DNA from: Myxococcales bacterium
Lineage (GTDB): Bacteria; Myxococcota_A; Polyangia; Polyangiales; DASUME01
DNA length: 64,000 nt
Direction: 5' to 3'
Assembly (NCBI GenBank): GCA_047601445.1
Contig: JASGJH010000001.1
Coordinates: 2,816,001 to 2,880,000 of the forward strand
Each line of letters starts with the position of its first letter. The first letter of the stretch is position 1. Under the pieces are notes generated by a model. The model was given only the letters and a program-made list of their open reading frames with translations. It had not been told where the DNA came from and did not search any database. This document shows positions 51,090 to 60,643 of this stretch, in pieces. Made by a program: the position numbers and the translations under genes.

Positions 51090-52465
51090 ATGAATCACAC
51101 GTTTGGCGTCGGCGTCGTCCCCTTGATCATGCTCGCGCTGGGTTCGGCGCTTTGGACCTCACCGGCAGGCGCTCAAGCTGACATCGCGCCTGCCGGGACG
51201 GACCTGCGATGGGACCTCCAGGGGCGCCTGTCGGCGACTCATTCCGGCGCGCACGCAGGCCGCTATTTCTATGCTGATGGTGTCGGTCGTGTGCTCGAGG
51301 AACATGATGGCAGCGTGACCTACTACGTCCGCTCAGACTTCGAGGTGCGGGATGGCATTGCCGTGGCTTATGCTCGGGTGGGCCCGCTCCACGTCGCGCG
51401 GGCCAGCAAGAGCGCGCTGCAATCCGAGCTCCTCGCCGATCGGACGCCGTCCGCCCGGCCCGACGGACGCATCGACGTCGGGGACGGCTGGCTGGCTAGT
51501 AGTACTGCCGGAGACCGAGATCGCGCCCCGACCGAGGCCATGCGCTATCTCTACGCCGGTGCGCGCCGACTGCTGCTCGAGAACTCGGAGAGCACTGCGT
51601 TCCTGCACCAGGATCACCTCGGCAGCTCCACCTTGGCCACCGGAGCGGGCGCTCAGGTGCTCGCGGAGCGCTCCTCAAGCACGACTTCCAACGCCCAGGC
51701 GTACCGCGGCTTCGTGGATGACTACGGCTTCACCGCACAGCGCAGCGATCCAACCACCAACACGCAGCACTTCCCCTTCCGTGAGTTCGACCTCCGCGTC
51801 GGCCGCTGGATGAGCCCCGACCCGCGATTCCTCACCGATGGCCGCGCCTGTCTCGCGCGACCCTTCGAGTGTGCCAACGGGTATCAATACGTTTCGAACA
51901 ATCCCGTCGACTATGTTGACCCACGGGCGAGACGCGGTGGCAAGCACTCCGACAATGGGTCGGCGGCGTCTTTCGTCGAAGGACCGTCGCCGCGCCGGCG
52001 CCCGTTCCGGATGCTGTGCTGGCCTACCCCGCCTGGGTCGACGTCGTTCCCCTCCAAGACCCAGATGGAAACCCGTGGCCTGACGCTCAACCCATCGAAA
52101 CCGTCGCGCCGGACGAGGTCTACCGCGTAAAAATCGCGATGGTCAAGGACCGCATAGGACTGGTGTTCGAGCGGTTCAATGGAAAAGCATGGTGGATCAC
52201 AGGTGGCGATCAGGGTGACATCGTGATGGAAGAGCTTGAGGCGTTCGCAACCTTTCGCGGAACCGAGCTCCACAGGGTCGCCCTCAATATGCAGCAGCTT
52301 TTGGAGGCGGTCGGATCGACCACCTTGAGACCGCGTCACGACGCTTCACGTCCCTATGACGTGGAGGTAGTCAACGAGTGGCTCAGCCGTAACGGCCTCA
52401 AAGAGCAGTACCGGGACAGGAACGCTCTCATGAAGGCAGCCAAGCAGCATTTCAAACGGAACTGA
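51090..52465 (+). pseudogene. Mini-Rhs #4, -1 frameshift in the DPTG codons
   Basis: gac-cc-acg-ggc-gag at 51918; restoring one C gives DPTGETRWQALRQW... in frame with ORF 52016-52465. Confidence 0.85.
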
Positions 52466-52553
52466 TTCTCAGCTTTCCCAGTCCAACGGCGAATACTCTC
52501 TCGCGGTGTCGTCGACTCTGGAGCTGGATCATGGACCGGTGGGCTCCTTAGCT

Positions 52554-53858
52554 TCAAGGCGGAGGCAAGCTCAGCTCGGACCGCCGGCTCTGTCTCCATC
52601 TCTCTGCAAGGTCCAATACTGCTGCTTGATCAAGCTCCTGAGCTGCCAGCGTCCTGATCAGAGGAACCACGTACCAGAATCGTGCCTCGTCATTTGGAAC
52701 GCCTAGCGCTCGATAGGCATGTGCCGCCATCCGTTGAGCCATCGAGGCGCCGGGGCCGAAGCCCATATTGACGGGCCGAAACCAGTGGTCGCGCAAAGCT
52801 TCTGCTCCCGTGTCGTCGAGGTTGAAGCGCAGCACCTCGCCCTCCAGACCGCTGAGCTCCCCAGGTACGCCGCCGGCACGAACGACGGTAGGCCTTAGTG
52901 CCAGCAGCGTGTTCACCACCTCGCCTACCGGAACCATCGTCTGCCCGCCGGGGCTCACCACTTCGGCATCGACCCCATCCCTGCTTATCGCGAACGCGGG
53001 CCACCTGCCTGGGGAATGACGTATCCAAACCGTTGCATTGCCTGTCGGATCAATGGCATCCACGGGGTTGTTCAAGACGTACTGATACCCATTGGCGCAC
53101 TCGAAGGGGCGGGCCAGGCAGGCCCTGCTATCGCTGAGGAGGAGCGGGTCGGGACTTAGCCAGCGGCCATCGATCGGATCCAGTTCCCGCGCTTGCACGT
53201 GGAGCAGATTCGTGGTCGGGTCCCGGCGCTGCCCGGTGAAACCGTAGGGATCGACGTGCCCCAGCTTCGCCTCGCGAGGTTCGCCTGTGATGTCGAACGC
53301 GCACTCCCCGAGCGCTGCGGCAGCCGGCCCACTCGCTGAAATCACGCTACCGAGGTGGTCGTAGTGAAGATAGACCGTGGCTGAAGTGTGCTCCAGAAGC
53401 AGTCGCCGCGCGCTCGCGTAGAGGTGCCGAAGGGTGGGCCTCTGGAGAAGGCTTACCAACCAGACGTCTCCGATGTCGATTCGCGCGTCCGGGCGCTGGG
53501 CCAGGTCACCCACGAGGTCCGGCTGCAACGTGCCAGAGCTGCGGCGCGCGACCCGACGCTCGCCGAGTCGCATGTACACCACGGAGACGCCGTCGTGCAC
53601 CTCGAAGTTGGGGCCGACGAAGTAGGTCACGCTGCCATCGTGCTCTTCGAATACCCGGTCGACGCCTGGCGCGGGAAAGTACTCGGCAACATGAGGGCCC
53701 GCTCGGGCGGCGAGCAGCCGACCCGCTTGGTCCCACCGAAGCTCGACGGCGGCTCCTGAGTCTCCGGTCTCCGCGCGTGTCGTCGCCACCCAGCCCACAA
53801 TCAATGCGGACGCGACCATGCGCGAGGGTGACGTCTTCAGCGCGCACAAGAGAGCCAC
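52554..53858 (-). CDS. Mini-Rhs #5
   Basis: WDQAGRL; HYDHLGS; YGFTGQ; GRWLSPDP; DPTG at 53040-53051. Confidence 0.88.
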   Translation of the reverse strand: MALLCALKTSPSRMVASALIVGWVATTRAETGDSGAAVELRWDQAGRLLAARAGPHVAEYFPAPGVDRVFEEHDGSVTYFVGPNFEVHDGVSVVYMRLGERRVARRSSGTLQPDLVGDLAQRPDARIDIGDVWLVSLLQRPTLRHLYASARRLLLEHTSATVYLHYDHLGSVISASGPAAAALGECAFDITGEPREAKLGHVDPYGFTGQRRDPTTNLLHVQARELDPIDGRWLSPDPLLLSDSRACLARPFECANGYQYVLNNPVDAIDPTGNATVWIRHSPGRWPAFAISRDGVDAEVVSPGGQTMVPVGEVVNTLLALRPTVVRAGGVPGELSGLEGEVLRFNLDDTGAEALRDHWFRPVNMGFGPGASMAQRMAAHAYRALGVPNDEARFWYVVPLIRTLAAQELDQAAVLDLAERWRQSRRSELSLPPP

Positions 53859-53864
53859 CTCGTC

Positions 53865-54560
53865 CTACCTCCCGAGATGAGGTTCCGCGAACGTGGCGAC
53901 CATCGGCGTCGGCGCCGGCGCGCGTCGCCGAACCGGGAGCGCCCTCAGCGCCTTGCGCGCAAGGAGATCGCGCTCCGTAGGGGACTGAAAGTCCCAAGCG
54001 AGCACGGACCACCGCTCCTGCTCTTCGCGATAGGCGTAAACACGTCGAAAGCCCACGCGCTGCAGCGTGCGCAGCGAGCGCGAGTTGGAGGTCGAGACCT
54101 CCGTGACGACGCAGTCGAACCATCCGCCGTAGTACTTGCGATGCGCCGCATGGAGCGCCTCACACATGTGCTTGCCGCGCGCGCCGCGCTCCAGGCAGGG
54201 TTGCCCCATGAGATAGAACCCTGTAGCCCGCAGCGGCCTGCCACGGAAGCTCGAGCCGCGCAGGAGCTCGAACAACGGGCGGAGCTCGGGCAACAAGTCG
54301 CGCGCCAGGCGCGGCGGGAGCGCCAGCGAGTAGCCGACCACCTTACCGGCTCGCCTGGCGACCACGCTCGGCATGACCTCGTGCAGCGCGCGCAGCACCG
54401 GCAGCGTATAGAGCGCGGCCAGCAAGGCCTGCTTGCCGTCCGGCGCAGCGGCCAGGCAGCGACGCTGCAGGTCACTCATGCCCTCGAGGTCACCCTCGTC
54501 TGCAAGGCCGATCTCGGTTGGGGCTCGAACCTTGGAAACGTGCTCGTATGACTGGCTCAT
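53865..54560 (-). CDS. GNAT-family acetyltransferase-like protein
   Basis: VVGYSL, MGQPCLERGARGK, VTEVSTSNSRSLRTLQRVGF. Confidence 0.78.
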   Translation of the reverse strand: MSQSYEHVSKVRAPTEIGLADEGDLEGMSDLQRRCLAAAPDGKQALLAALYTLPVLRALHEVMPSVVARRAGKVVGYSLALPPRLARDLLPELRPLFELLRGSSFRGRPLRATGFYLMGQPCLERGARGKHMCEALHAAHRKYYGGWFDCVVTEVSTSNSRSLRTLQRVGFRRVYAYREEQERWSVLAWDFQSPTERDLLARKALRALPVRRRAPAPTPMVATFAEPHLGR

Positions 54561-54738
54561 CTACGTCCTCATCTTGCAACCCCTGGCTGCGCCCCAGGGC
54601 GACGGGTGTCGGCTCTCGACTCGCGAGCTCGCAGCGCGCGAGCGACGCGCTACAAAAGCATGGCCGCGTCCAAGCGGAAAGAGAGCCGAAGCGCCTAGTC
54701 TCGAGCGCCGAACGAGAGCTAGGACTCCCGTCATCTGG

Positions 54739-56037
54739 CTAGAAGCGCTGCACCGAATGAGCAGGCCGTGGCCGGGGTCCCCGCTTTTTCTGCTTGGGCG
54801 GTGGTGGCGGTCGGGCGTTCGCCAACATGCGCTTCGCCTCTCCCAACGAATCGTTGTCATCCTGGTCCGCCGGCATGCGCTGCGTCTGCCGCCGCCTCCC
54901 TTGCTTGCGCGCATCTTGCGGCGCGGGCGGCTCGAAGCGCAGACGAAGGTCGCTCTCCAACAACTTGGCAAATTGCGTGAACAAGTAGTCTTCGAGTTCC
55001 TCTTCCTTCCAGCTGAGCATCGCGCTGACCCCATCAGGGTTGGCCTGATAAACCCAGGCCTTTTCGCCCTGGGTCTCAAACCCCTTGATCGCAGCATCCC
55101 TGTCCTCGGGTTGTACCTCGTAGCGGGCCTTCGTGGCGAGATAGACGAGGCCTTCAGAATTACCTATGAGAAGCGAGATACTCGGCTTCCCATCGTCCGC
55201 TTTGTGTATCTTGACGCGGACAGTTTGAAACTCCGCAGCCTCCGCGTCCTGCCCGGTGGGATCGATCAAGTCGACGGGGTTGTTCAGGACGTATTGGTAC
55301 CCGTTGGCGCACTCGAAGGGCTTGGCCAGGCAGGCGCGAGCGTCGGTGAGAAACAGCGGGTCGGGGCTGATCCAGTGCGCCGCGCGGGCGTCGAGCTCGC
55401 GATACTGGAAGTGCAAGAGATCCGTGGTCGGGTCCCGACGCTGGTTCGTGAACGTGTAGCCGTCGAGGTAGCCGTGGCACGCGCGCAACGCGCCGTCGGC
55501 CTGAAAGGCGCAGTCGGCGAGTAACCGACCGCGAGCGTCGGTGGCGAGCGTGGCGTTGCCAAGGTGGTCCTGGTGCAAAGAGACGGCGGCGGGCGCGTGG
55601 TCGAGCAGCAGCCTGCGGGCGCTGGCGTAGAGCACACGCCTGGATGGCTCGCTGCGCTCGCGCAGGAGCCAAGCGTCGCCCACCTCGGTGCGTGCCGTCG
55701 CGCCCTTGCTGTGTGCCGGATCAGGGAGCAACTGCGCTTGTAGATTGCTCTGGCCTAGGCGCGCGACACGCCGCTCGCCGAATCGGGCATAGGTGATGCT
55801 GATTCCGTCCCGGATCTCGAAGTTCTGACCGATGTAGAAGGTCACGCTGCCCGCGTGGTCCTCGAGCACCCGGCCGGGCCCCTCGCCGTAGAAGTAGCTG
55901 GCATCGTGCGAGGCGAGCGTCGCCCTCGCGAGCCGACCTTGGTGATCCCAGCGCAATCCAGCCGCCTCCGCGCGCACCGAAGACGCGACGGCCAAGCTCG
56001 CCAGCGTCAGCTCCAAACACTTCATCCATCTGCGCAT
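54739..56037 (-). CDS. Mini-Rhs #6
   Basis: Leader ending SVRA; WDHQGRL; HQDHLGN; HWISPDP; DPTG at 55252-55263. Confidence 0.88.
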   Translation of the reverse strand: MRRWMKCLELTLASLAVASSVRAEAAGLRWDHQGRLARATLASHDASYFYGEGPGRVLEDHAGSVTFYIGQNFEIRDGISITYARFGERRVARLGQSNLQAQLLPDPAHSKGATARTEVGDAWLLRERSEPSRRVLYASARRLLLDHAPAAVSLHQDHLGNATLATDARGRLLADCAFQADGALRACHGYLDGYTFTNQRRDPTTDLLHFQYRELDARAAHWISPDPLFLTDARACLAKPFECANGYQYVLNNPVDLIDPTGQDAEAAEFQTVRVKIHKADDGKPSISLLIGNSEGLVYLATKARYEVQPEDRDAAIKGFETQGEKAWVYQANPDGVSAMLSWKEEELEDYLFTQFAKLLESDLRLRFEPPAPQDARKQGRRRQTQRMPADQDDNDSLGEAKRMLANARPPPPPKQKKRGPRPRPAHSVQRF

Positions 56038-56215
56038 AGGCTCGCACCAGTTCGTCGCGCAGCGTCGCACGCAATGCCGAATGCGTATAGTCGTTCGAAT
56101 GTCCTAGGATTCGAGCGGGCAGGCGAGCATCAGTCAGGCGAGGCCTGATCGTCGCGCCCCGTAGGCCTTTGATCCGGCTGTCCCAAGCTTCACGCGCCTG
56201 CTAGTGCGGCCAGCC

Positions 56216-57631
56216 ATGATGCATACGCTTGGCGTCAGCCTCGTCCGCTCGATCATGCTCGCGCTGGGGTCGGCGCTCTGGACTTCGCTGGCAGGTGCGC
56301 AAACGGTTGTCGCGCCTGGCGGGCTCGACCTGCACTGGGACTACCAGGGACGACTAGCCGCGGCCGGTTCCCGCGCGCATTCGGGCAAGTATTTTCATGC
56401 CGACGGAGTCGACCGTGTGCTGGAGGAACACGATGGCAGCGTGGCCTACTACCTCGGCACGAGCTTCGAGGTGCACGACGGCATCGCGGTGATCCACGTC
56501 CGACACGGAGAGCACATCATCGCGCGCAAGAGCGACACGAGCCTGCAGGTAGACGTGCTGGACGATCTCGCCGTGAATCCCGGGTCCCAAGCTCGCATCG
56601 ATGCCGGTGACGCCTGGGTGTCGACCCGACTACCGCAGCACGCCGCATCGAGACGCTACCTCTATGCGAGCGCGCGCCGGCTGCTGCTCGAGCACGCCGC
56701 GGGCGCAGTGTCTTTGCATTCGGACCCGCTCGGAAGCCTTACCCTGGCCACGGGTCCCGAAGGACAGCCGCTCGGGGAGCGAGCTTTTCATGCCACGGGG
56801 CAAGAACGTGCCGGCCACGGCCTGGTGGACCGTGATGGTTTCACAGGGAAGCGGCATGATCCGACCACCGACCTCGTCCACCTGCCATTTCGCGAGCTCG
56901 AGGTCGAGGCCGGGCGCTGGCTAAGTCCTGATCCGCTGTTTCTCGTCGATGCACGCCTCTGCCTTGCTCGGCCCTTCGAGTGTGCCAACGGGTATCACTA
57001 CGTGCTGAACAACCCCGTCGATGCCTTCGACCCCACAGGCGCGGCAAGAGTGCTGATCACGCTGGAAGCCGCGGGTGGAGGCAGAATGGCGCTCGAGCAA
57101 ACGAACGGCTCCTTCCTGCTTGTCGATCTGCTGGACAACTCGCGGCGCGGTCTCAACGCCGGTACCCCCCGACTCTTCACGCTCGTTGGGCTCAATGAGC
57201 AAGATGCGCTCGAACAGACCGCGGAGTGGCTAACCACGATCCCAAACACACGGAGTATGATCTTCAGGGATCTGGAGCCCAGGACCGTCATGGGGGTCGA
57301 GCATGCGTTGCGCAACCGGAGGGCCATGTGGGACGAGTTCTACCATGCGCTTGCTACCGGTTCCCCGCCGGCGAATCTTGCGCTGGAGCGTCTGGAGGTA
57401 CTGATGACCTCCATGGCGACCCTACGAGAAGCGAGCCATGGCAACCCGCCACTCCGCTGCCAAAGACGATTCCTCGGAACGGTGTACATGCTCGAGCGCG
57501 GCGAGGCCGGCCTCGATCCAGAGGGGGAGCGTCTAGACTCCCTCAGACAGAGTGCCCCCCGCCGGTTCGGCGAGATTCCGCCGGTGCGAATCCTTCGGGG
57601 ACGCGAGCATTCGTCCGCGCCTTCAACGTGA
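56216..57631 (+). CDS. Mini-Rhs #7
   Basis: Leader ending AGA; WDYQGRL; GFTGK; GRWLSPDP; DPTG at 57029-57040. Confidence 0.88.
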   Translation: MMHTLGVSLVRSIMLALGSALWTSLAGAQTVVAPGGLDLHWDYQGRLAAAGSRAHSGKYFHADGVDRVLEEHDGSVAYYLGTSFEVHDGIAVIHVRHGEHIIARKSDTSLQVDVLDDLAVNPGSQARIDAGDAWVSTRLPQHAASRRYLYASARRLLLEHAAGAVSLHSDPLGSLTLATGPEGQPLGERAFHATGQERAGHGLVDRDGFTGKRHDPTTDLVHLPFRELEVEAGRWLSPDPLFLVDARLCLARPFECANGYHYVLNNPVDAFDPTGAARVLITLEAAGGGRMALEQTNGSFLLVDLLDNSRRGLNAGTPRLFTLVGLNEQDALEQTAEWLTTIPNTRSMIFRDLEPRTVMGVEHALRNRRAMWDEFYHALATGSPPANLALERLEVLMTSMATLREASHGNPPLRCQRRFLGTVYMLERGEAGLDPEGERLDSLRQSAPRRFGEIPPVRILRGREHSSAPST

Positions 57632-57680
57632 TCCTTCGATCACGAAGCGTCGAGGGCGCGCGCCTCCCTCCAATGGAGCC

Positions 57681-59087
57681 ATGGTGAGAAAGAAAATGCG
57701 CTTGAAATCCGTTCTATTTGGCATCGCGTTGCTGGCCTGCGGTCCCACAGCGGCGGCACTTGCGGAGGCCGAACCCGCGGACGAGCGGGCCGCGTCGACA
57801 CGCTCCGCCACCGAGCTGCGCTGGGACCACCGAGGGCGCCTGGCAACGGCGACCTCGCACGGTCACGCGGGCAGCTACTTCTACGCGGACGGCGTGGAAC
57901 GTGTGCTCGAGGAGCACGACGGCAGCGTCACCTATTACATCGGTCCGAACTTCGAGCTGCGCGATGGTGTGGCCATTCACTACGCGCGCGCTGCCGATCG
58001 CCGCGTCGCGCGCATGGGTACCACCACCTTGCAGGCGAGCGTCCTCAACGACCCGGAGCTCGGCACCGCGGTCGCCCCGCGCATCGATGTCGCAGACGCC
58101 TGGCGGCGCCGCGCCGAGCGGACTCCGCTCATCCGGCACCTCTACGCGAGCGCACGCCGGCTCTTGCTCGAGCACACGCCATCCACTGTGTTTCTGCACC
58201 ACGACCGCCACGGCAGCACGACCCTGGCCTCGGGCCCAGACGCTCAGCTCCTCGGAGACTGCGCCTTTCACGCCAGCGGCGCGAACCTGGCCCGCACCGG
58301 CTACGTGGACACCTACGGCTTCACCGGTCAGCGCACCGATCCCACCACCGGACTCGTGCACTTCCCGTTCCGAGAGCTGGATCCGCGCTTCAGTCGCTGG
58401 CTCAGCCCCGACCCCATGTTCTTGCGCGACGGCAACGCCTGCCTCGCGCGTCCCTTCGAGTGCCGACACGGCTACGCCTACGCCACCAACAACCCGGTGG
58501 ACCTGGTCGACCCCACCGGCGAAGTTGTCTTCGTCATCGCCTTCGACGGGGGGGTATGGATCCTGGTGGAGCAGACGGCGGAACCCGGCGAGTTCCCCAC
58601 GCAGACCCTGTACACGAACGACGGCAAGGATCATGTAGATCACACCGGACAACTTTGGGACGACGACCGCGTGGAGCCCGCACTCCGCATTGCGCAAAAC
58701 GCGGAAAGATGGGGCGAGAGGACCACGATCAAAGGCTTCGGAGCTAGCGTCAGCGTAGGTGGCATAGTCTCCTTGAATGGCCCAAGACTCGAGGTCGCGG
58801 CGATTCTGCTCGAGGATAGCGAGACCGACGAGTTTCGTTCCAGACTGGGCAGCGCATACGTCGACCGATACGTGGGAATCATGGAGGGAGACGCCGAACC
58901 AAAGGCTAGTCACGCTCCCGTAAAGACCGACCTCCAACTAGAGCTCGAGGTGCTACGGGAGATGGTTTACTCGTCGGACGAGGTTCGGAGCTTGCCTATT
59001 GAACCCGTGGCGAGTTTCTGTCGTGAGGTCGGAGACATGATCAGGGTTCGGCGCGGTGGCGTGTACAAGTCCGGCCGACTACTTTGA
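57681..59087 (+). CDS. Mini-Rhs #8 (leader contains lipobox-like LLAC)
   Basis: WDHRGRL; HHDRHGS; YGFTGQ; RWLSPDP; DPTG at 58509-58520. Confidence 0.88.
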   Translation: MVRKKMRLKSVLFGIALLACGPTAAALAEAEPADERAASTRSATELRWDHRGRLATATSHGHAGSYFYADGVERVLEEHDGSVTYYIGPNFELRDGVAIHYARAADRRVARMGTTTLQASVLNDPELGTAVAPRIDVADAWRRRAERTPLIRHLYASARRLLLEHTPSTVFLHHDRHGSTTLASGPDAQLLGDCAFHASGANLARTGYVDTYGFTGQRTDPTTGLVHFPFRELDPRFSRWLSPDPMFLRDGNACLARPFECRHGYAYATNNPVDLVDPTGEVVFVIAFDGGVWILVEQTAEPGEFPTQTLYTNDGKDHVDHTGQLWDDDRVEPALRIAQNAERWGERTTIKGFGASVSVGGIVSLNGPRLEVAAILLEDSETDEFRSRLGSAYVDRYVGIMEGDAEPKASHAPVKTDLQLELEVLREMVYSSDEVRSLPIEPVASFCREVGDMIRVRRGGVYKSGRLL

Positions 59088-59299
59088 GCATGTGCGAGGC
59101 CAGAGCAGTCGACGCTGAGCGCGGTGCCGCGTCGGTCACCTTCACGAACTCGTTCCGGTTCACGAGCTCCGCCACCACGCTGCGCGCCCGTCAGATGAGA
59201 TGCGGTCGCTCGGCCCCCTGGCGCCCTCACAACAAACTCTGTCCGATGTAGTGCGCCGTGTCCGTTCGCTAGCCAGACAGGTGTACTGCGCCAGCGGTG

Positions 59300-60532
59300 T
59301 CAGTTGGCGCGGGCGGGTTGGCTATCATGCCGCTGACGAACGTCGGCGTGGCGAGACGCTTTCCTCCGCAGGTAGCTGCGCAGGTCCCGCAGGTCGTCGC
59401 GGAGGTACTTGAAGTCGTTGCGGACGCCCTCGACGAACTCGGCGAAGGAGCCTGGGTCGTGATTGGTGCCTAGGGCGATGAAAAACCGTGGGATCGCCCA
59501 GAGCGCCTTGCCACCGATGCTGCGCGCCCGGCTGCGCCAGGATTTCTTCGTACCTCCCTCGAACACAGGATTCGTCGTCTCCCTCTCGTGCCAGTCGTAG
59601 TTCGCGTACTCGGCGTCGTACGCAATCGCGGCCGGGTCCTCGTTCCCGTTCCGTGCGGTGATCGGGTCGCCAGGATCCGAAGCCTTCTCCTCGACTGACT
59701 CTCGCGCGTACGCCCGCTGAATCTTCGGCGGCAGGTCCGCCCACTCTTCCATCTCTCCCGTCGGGTCGATCAGATCCACTGGATTGTTCAGCACGAATTG
59801 ATAACCGTTGGCGCACTCGTAGGGCCGCGCCAGGCACGCGCTGCCGTCGACGAGGAACTTCGGGTCGGGACTCATCCAGGCTCCAACGGTTGGATCGAGC
59901 TCTCGAAACGCAAAGTGCACGAGCTTGCTGGAGAGGTCCGAGCGTTGTCCGGTGAAGCCGTAGCTGTCGACATGGCCATGACTCTCGTCGAGTTCGCCAG
60001 TCGCGACGAATGCGCGTTCCCCCAACGGTTGCCCCGTGGTTCCCGTGGCCAGCAGCGCGCTGCCCACCTGGTTGACGTGCAAGAACACGGTGGCGGGCCC
60101 CCCTTGCAGCAAGAGCCTGCGCGCGCTGCCATAGAGGTGGCGGGTTGGCTCACGCCCGGTGCTACCAGCCAGCCACGCGTCCCCGACGTCGATCCGTGCG
60201 TCCGGCACCAGATCGTCGAGCAGGCCGGCCTGCAGCACGCTTCGACTGCTGCGCGCGACGCGTTGGTCGCCCGCCTTGATGTACACGATCCCGATGCCGT
60301 CGCGCACCTCGAAGTTGCCAGCGATGTAGTACGTCACGCTGCCGTCATGCTCCTCGAGAGCGCGCTCGACCGTGTCGCCATAGAAATAGCCCGCCGTGTG
60401 CTCAGCGCGACTGACTGCAGCGACTCTACCTCGGTAGTCCCAGTCGAGCCGTGCCTGTGCGCGCGCCGAGGCAACCCAGCTCACGAGCGCGACCGCCATC
60501 AAGCCGATACTCCAACTCGTCCGTATGGCCAT
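59300..60532 (-). CDS. Mini-Rhs #9
   Basis: GAGGAG RBS; leader ending ASARA; WDYRGRV; WMSPDP; DPTG at 59756-59767. Confidence 0.88.
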   Translation of the reverse strand: MAIRTSWSIGLMAVALVSWVASARAQARLDWDYRGRVAAVSRAEHTAGYFYGDTVERALEEHDGSVTYYIAGNFEVRDGIGIVYIKAGDQRVARSSRSVLQAGLLDDLVPDARIDVGDAWLAGSTGREPTRHLYGSARRLLLQGGPATVFLHVNQVGSALLATGTTGQPLGERAFVATGELDESHGHVDSYGFTGQRSDLSSKLVHFAFRELDPTVGAWMSPDPKFLVDGSACLARPYECANGYQFVLNNPVDLIDPTGEMEEWADLPPKIQRAYARESVEEKASDPGDPITARNGNEDPAAIAYDAEYANYDWHERETTNPVFEGGTKKSWRSRARSIGGKALWAIPRFFIALGTNHDPGSFAEFVEGVRNDFKYLRDDLRDLRSYLRRKASRHADVRQRHDSQPARAN

Positions 60533-60643
60533 CACTCCTCACATGGTTGGATGGTTGTTCTAGGCGCGAGCGAGGAGCTCTCGCGGCGTCTGCGCCCGCG
60601 GCGATGTTCGGCTCCCCCGCTCGGTCGGGCGCCCCTGGGGCCA

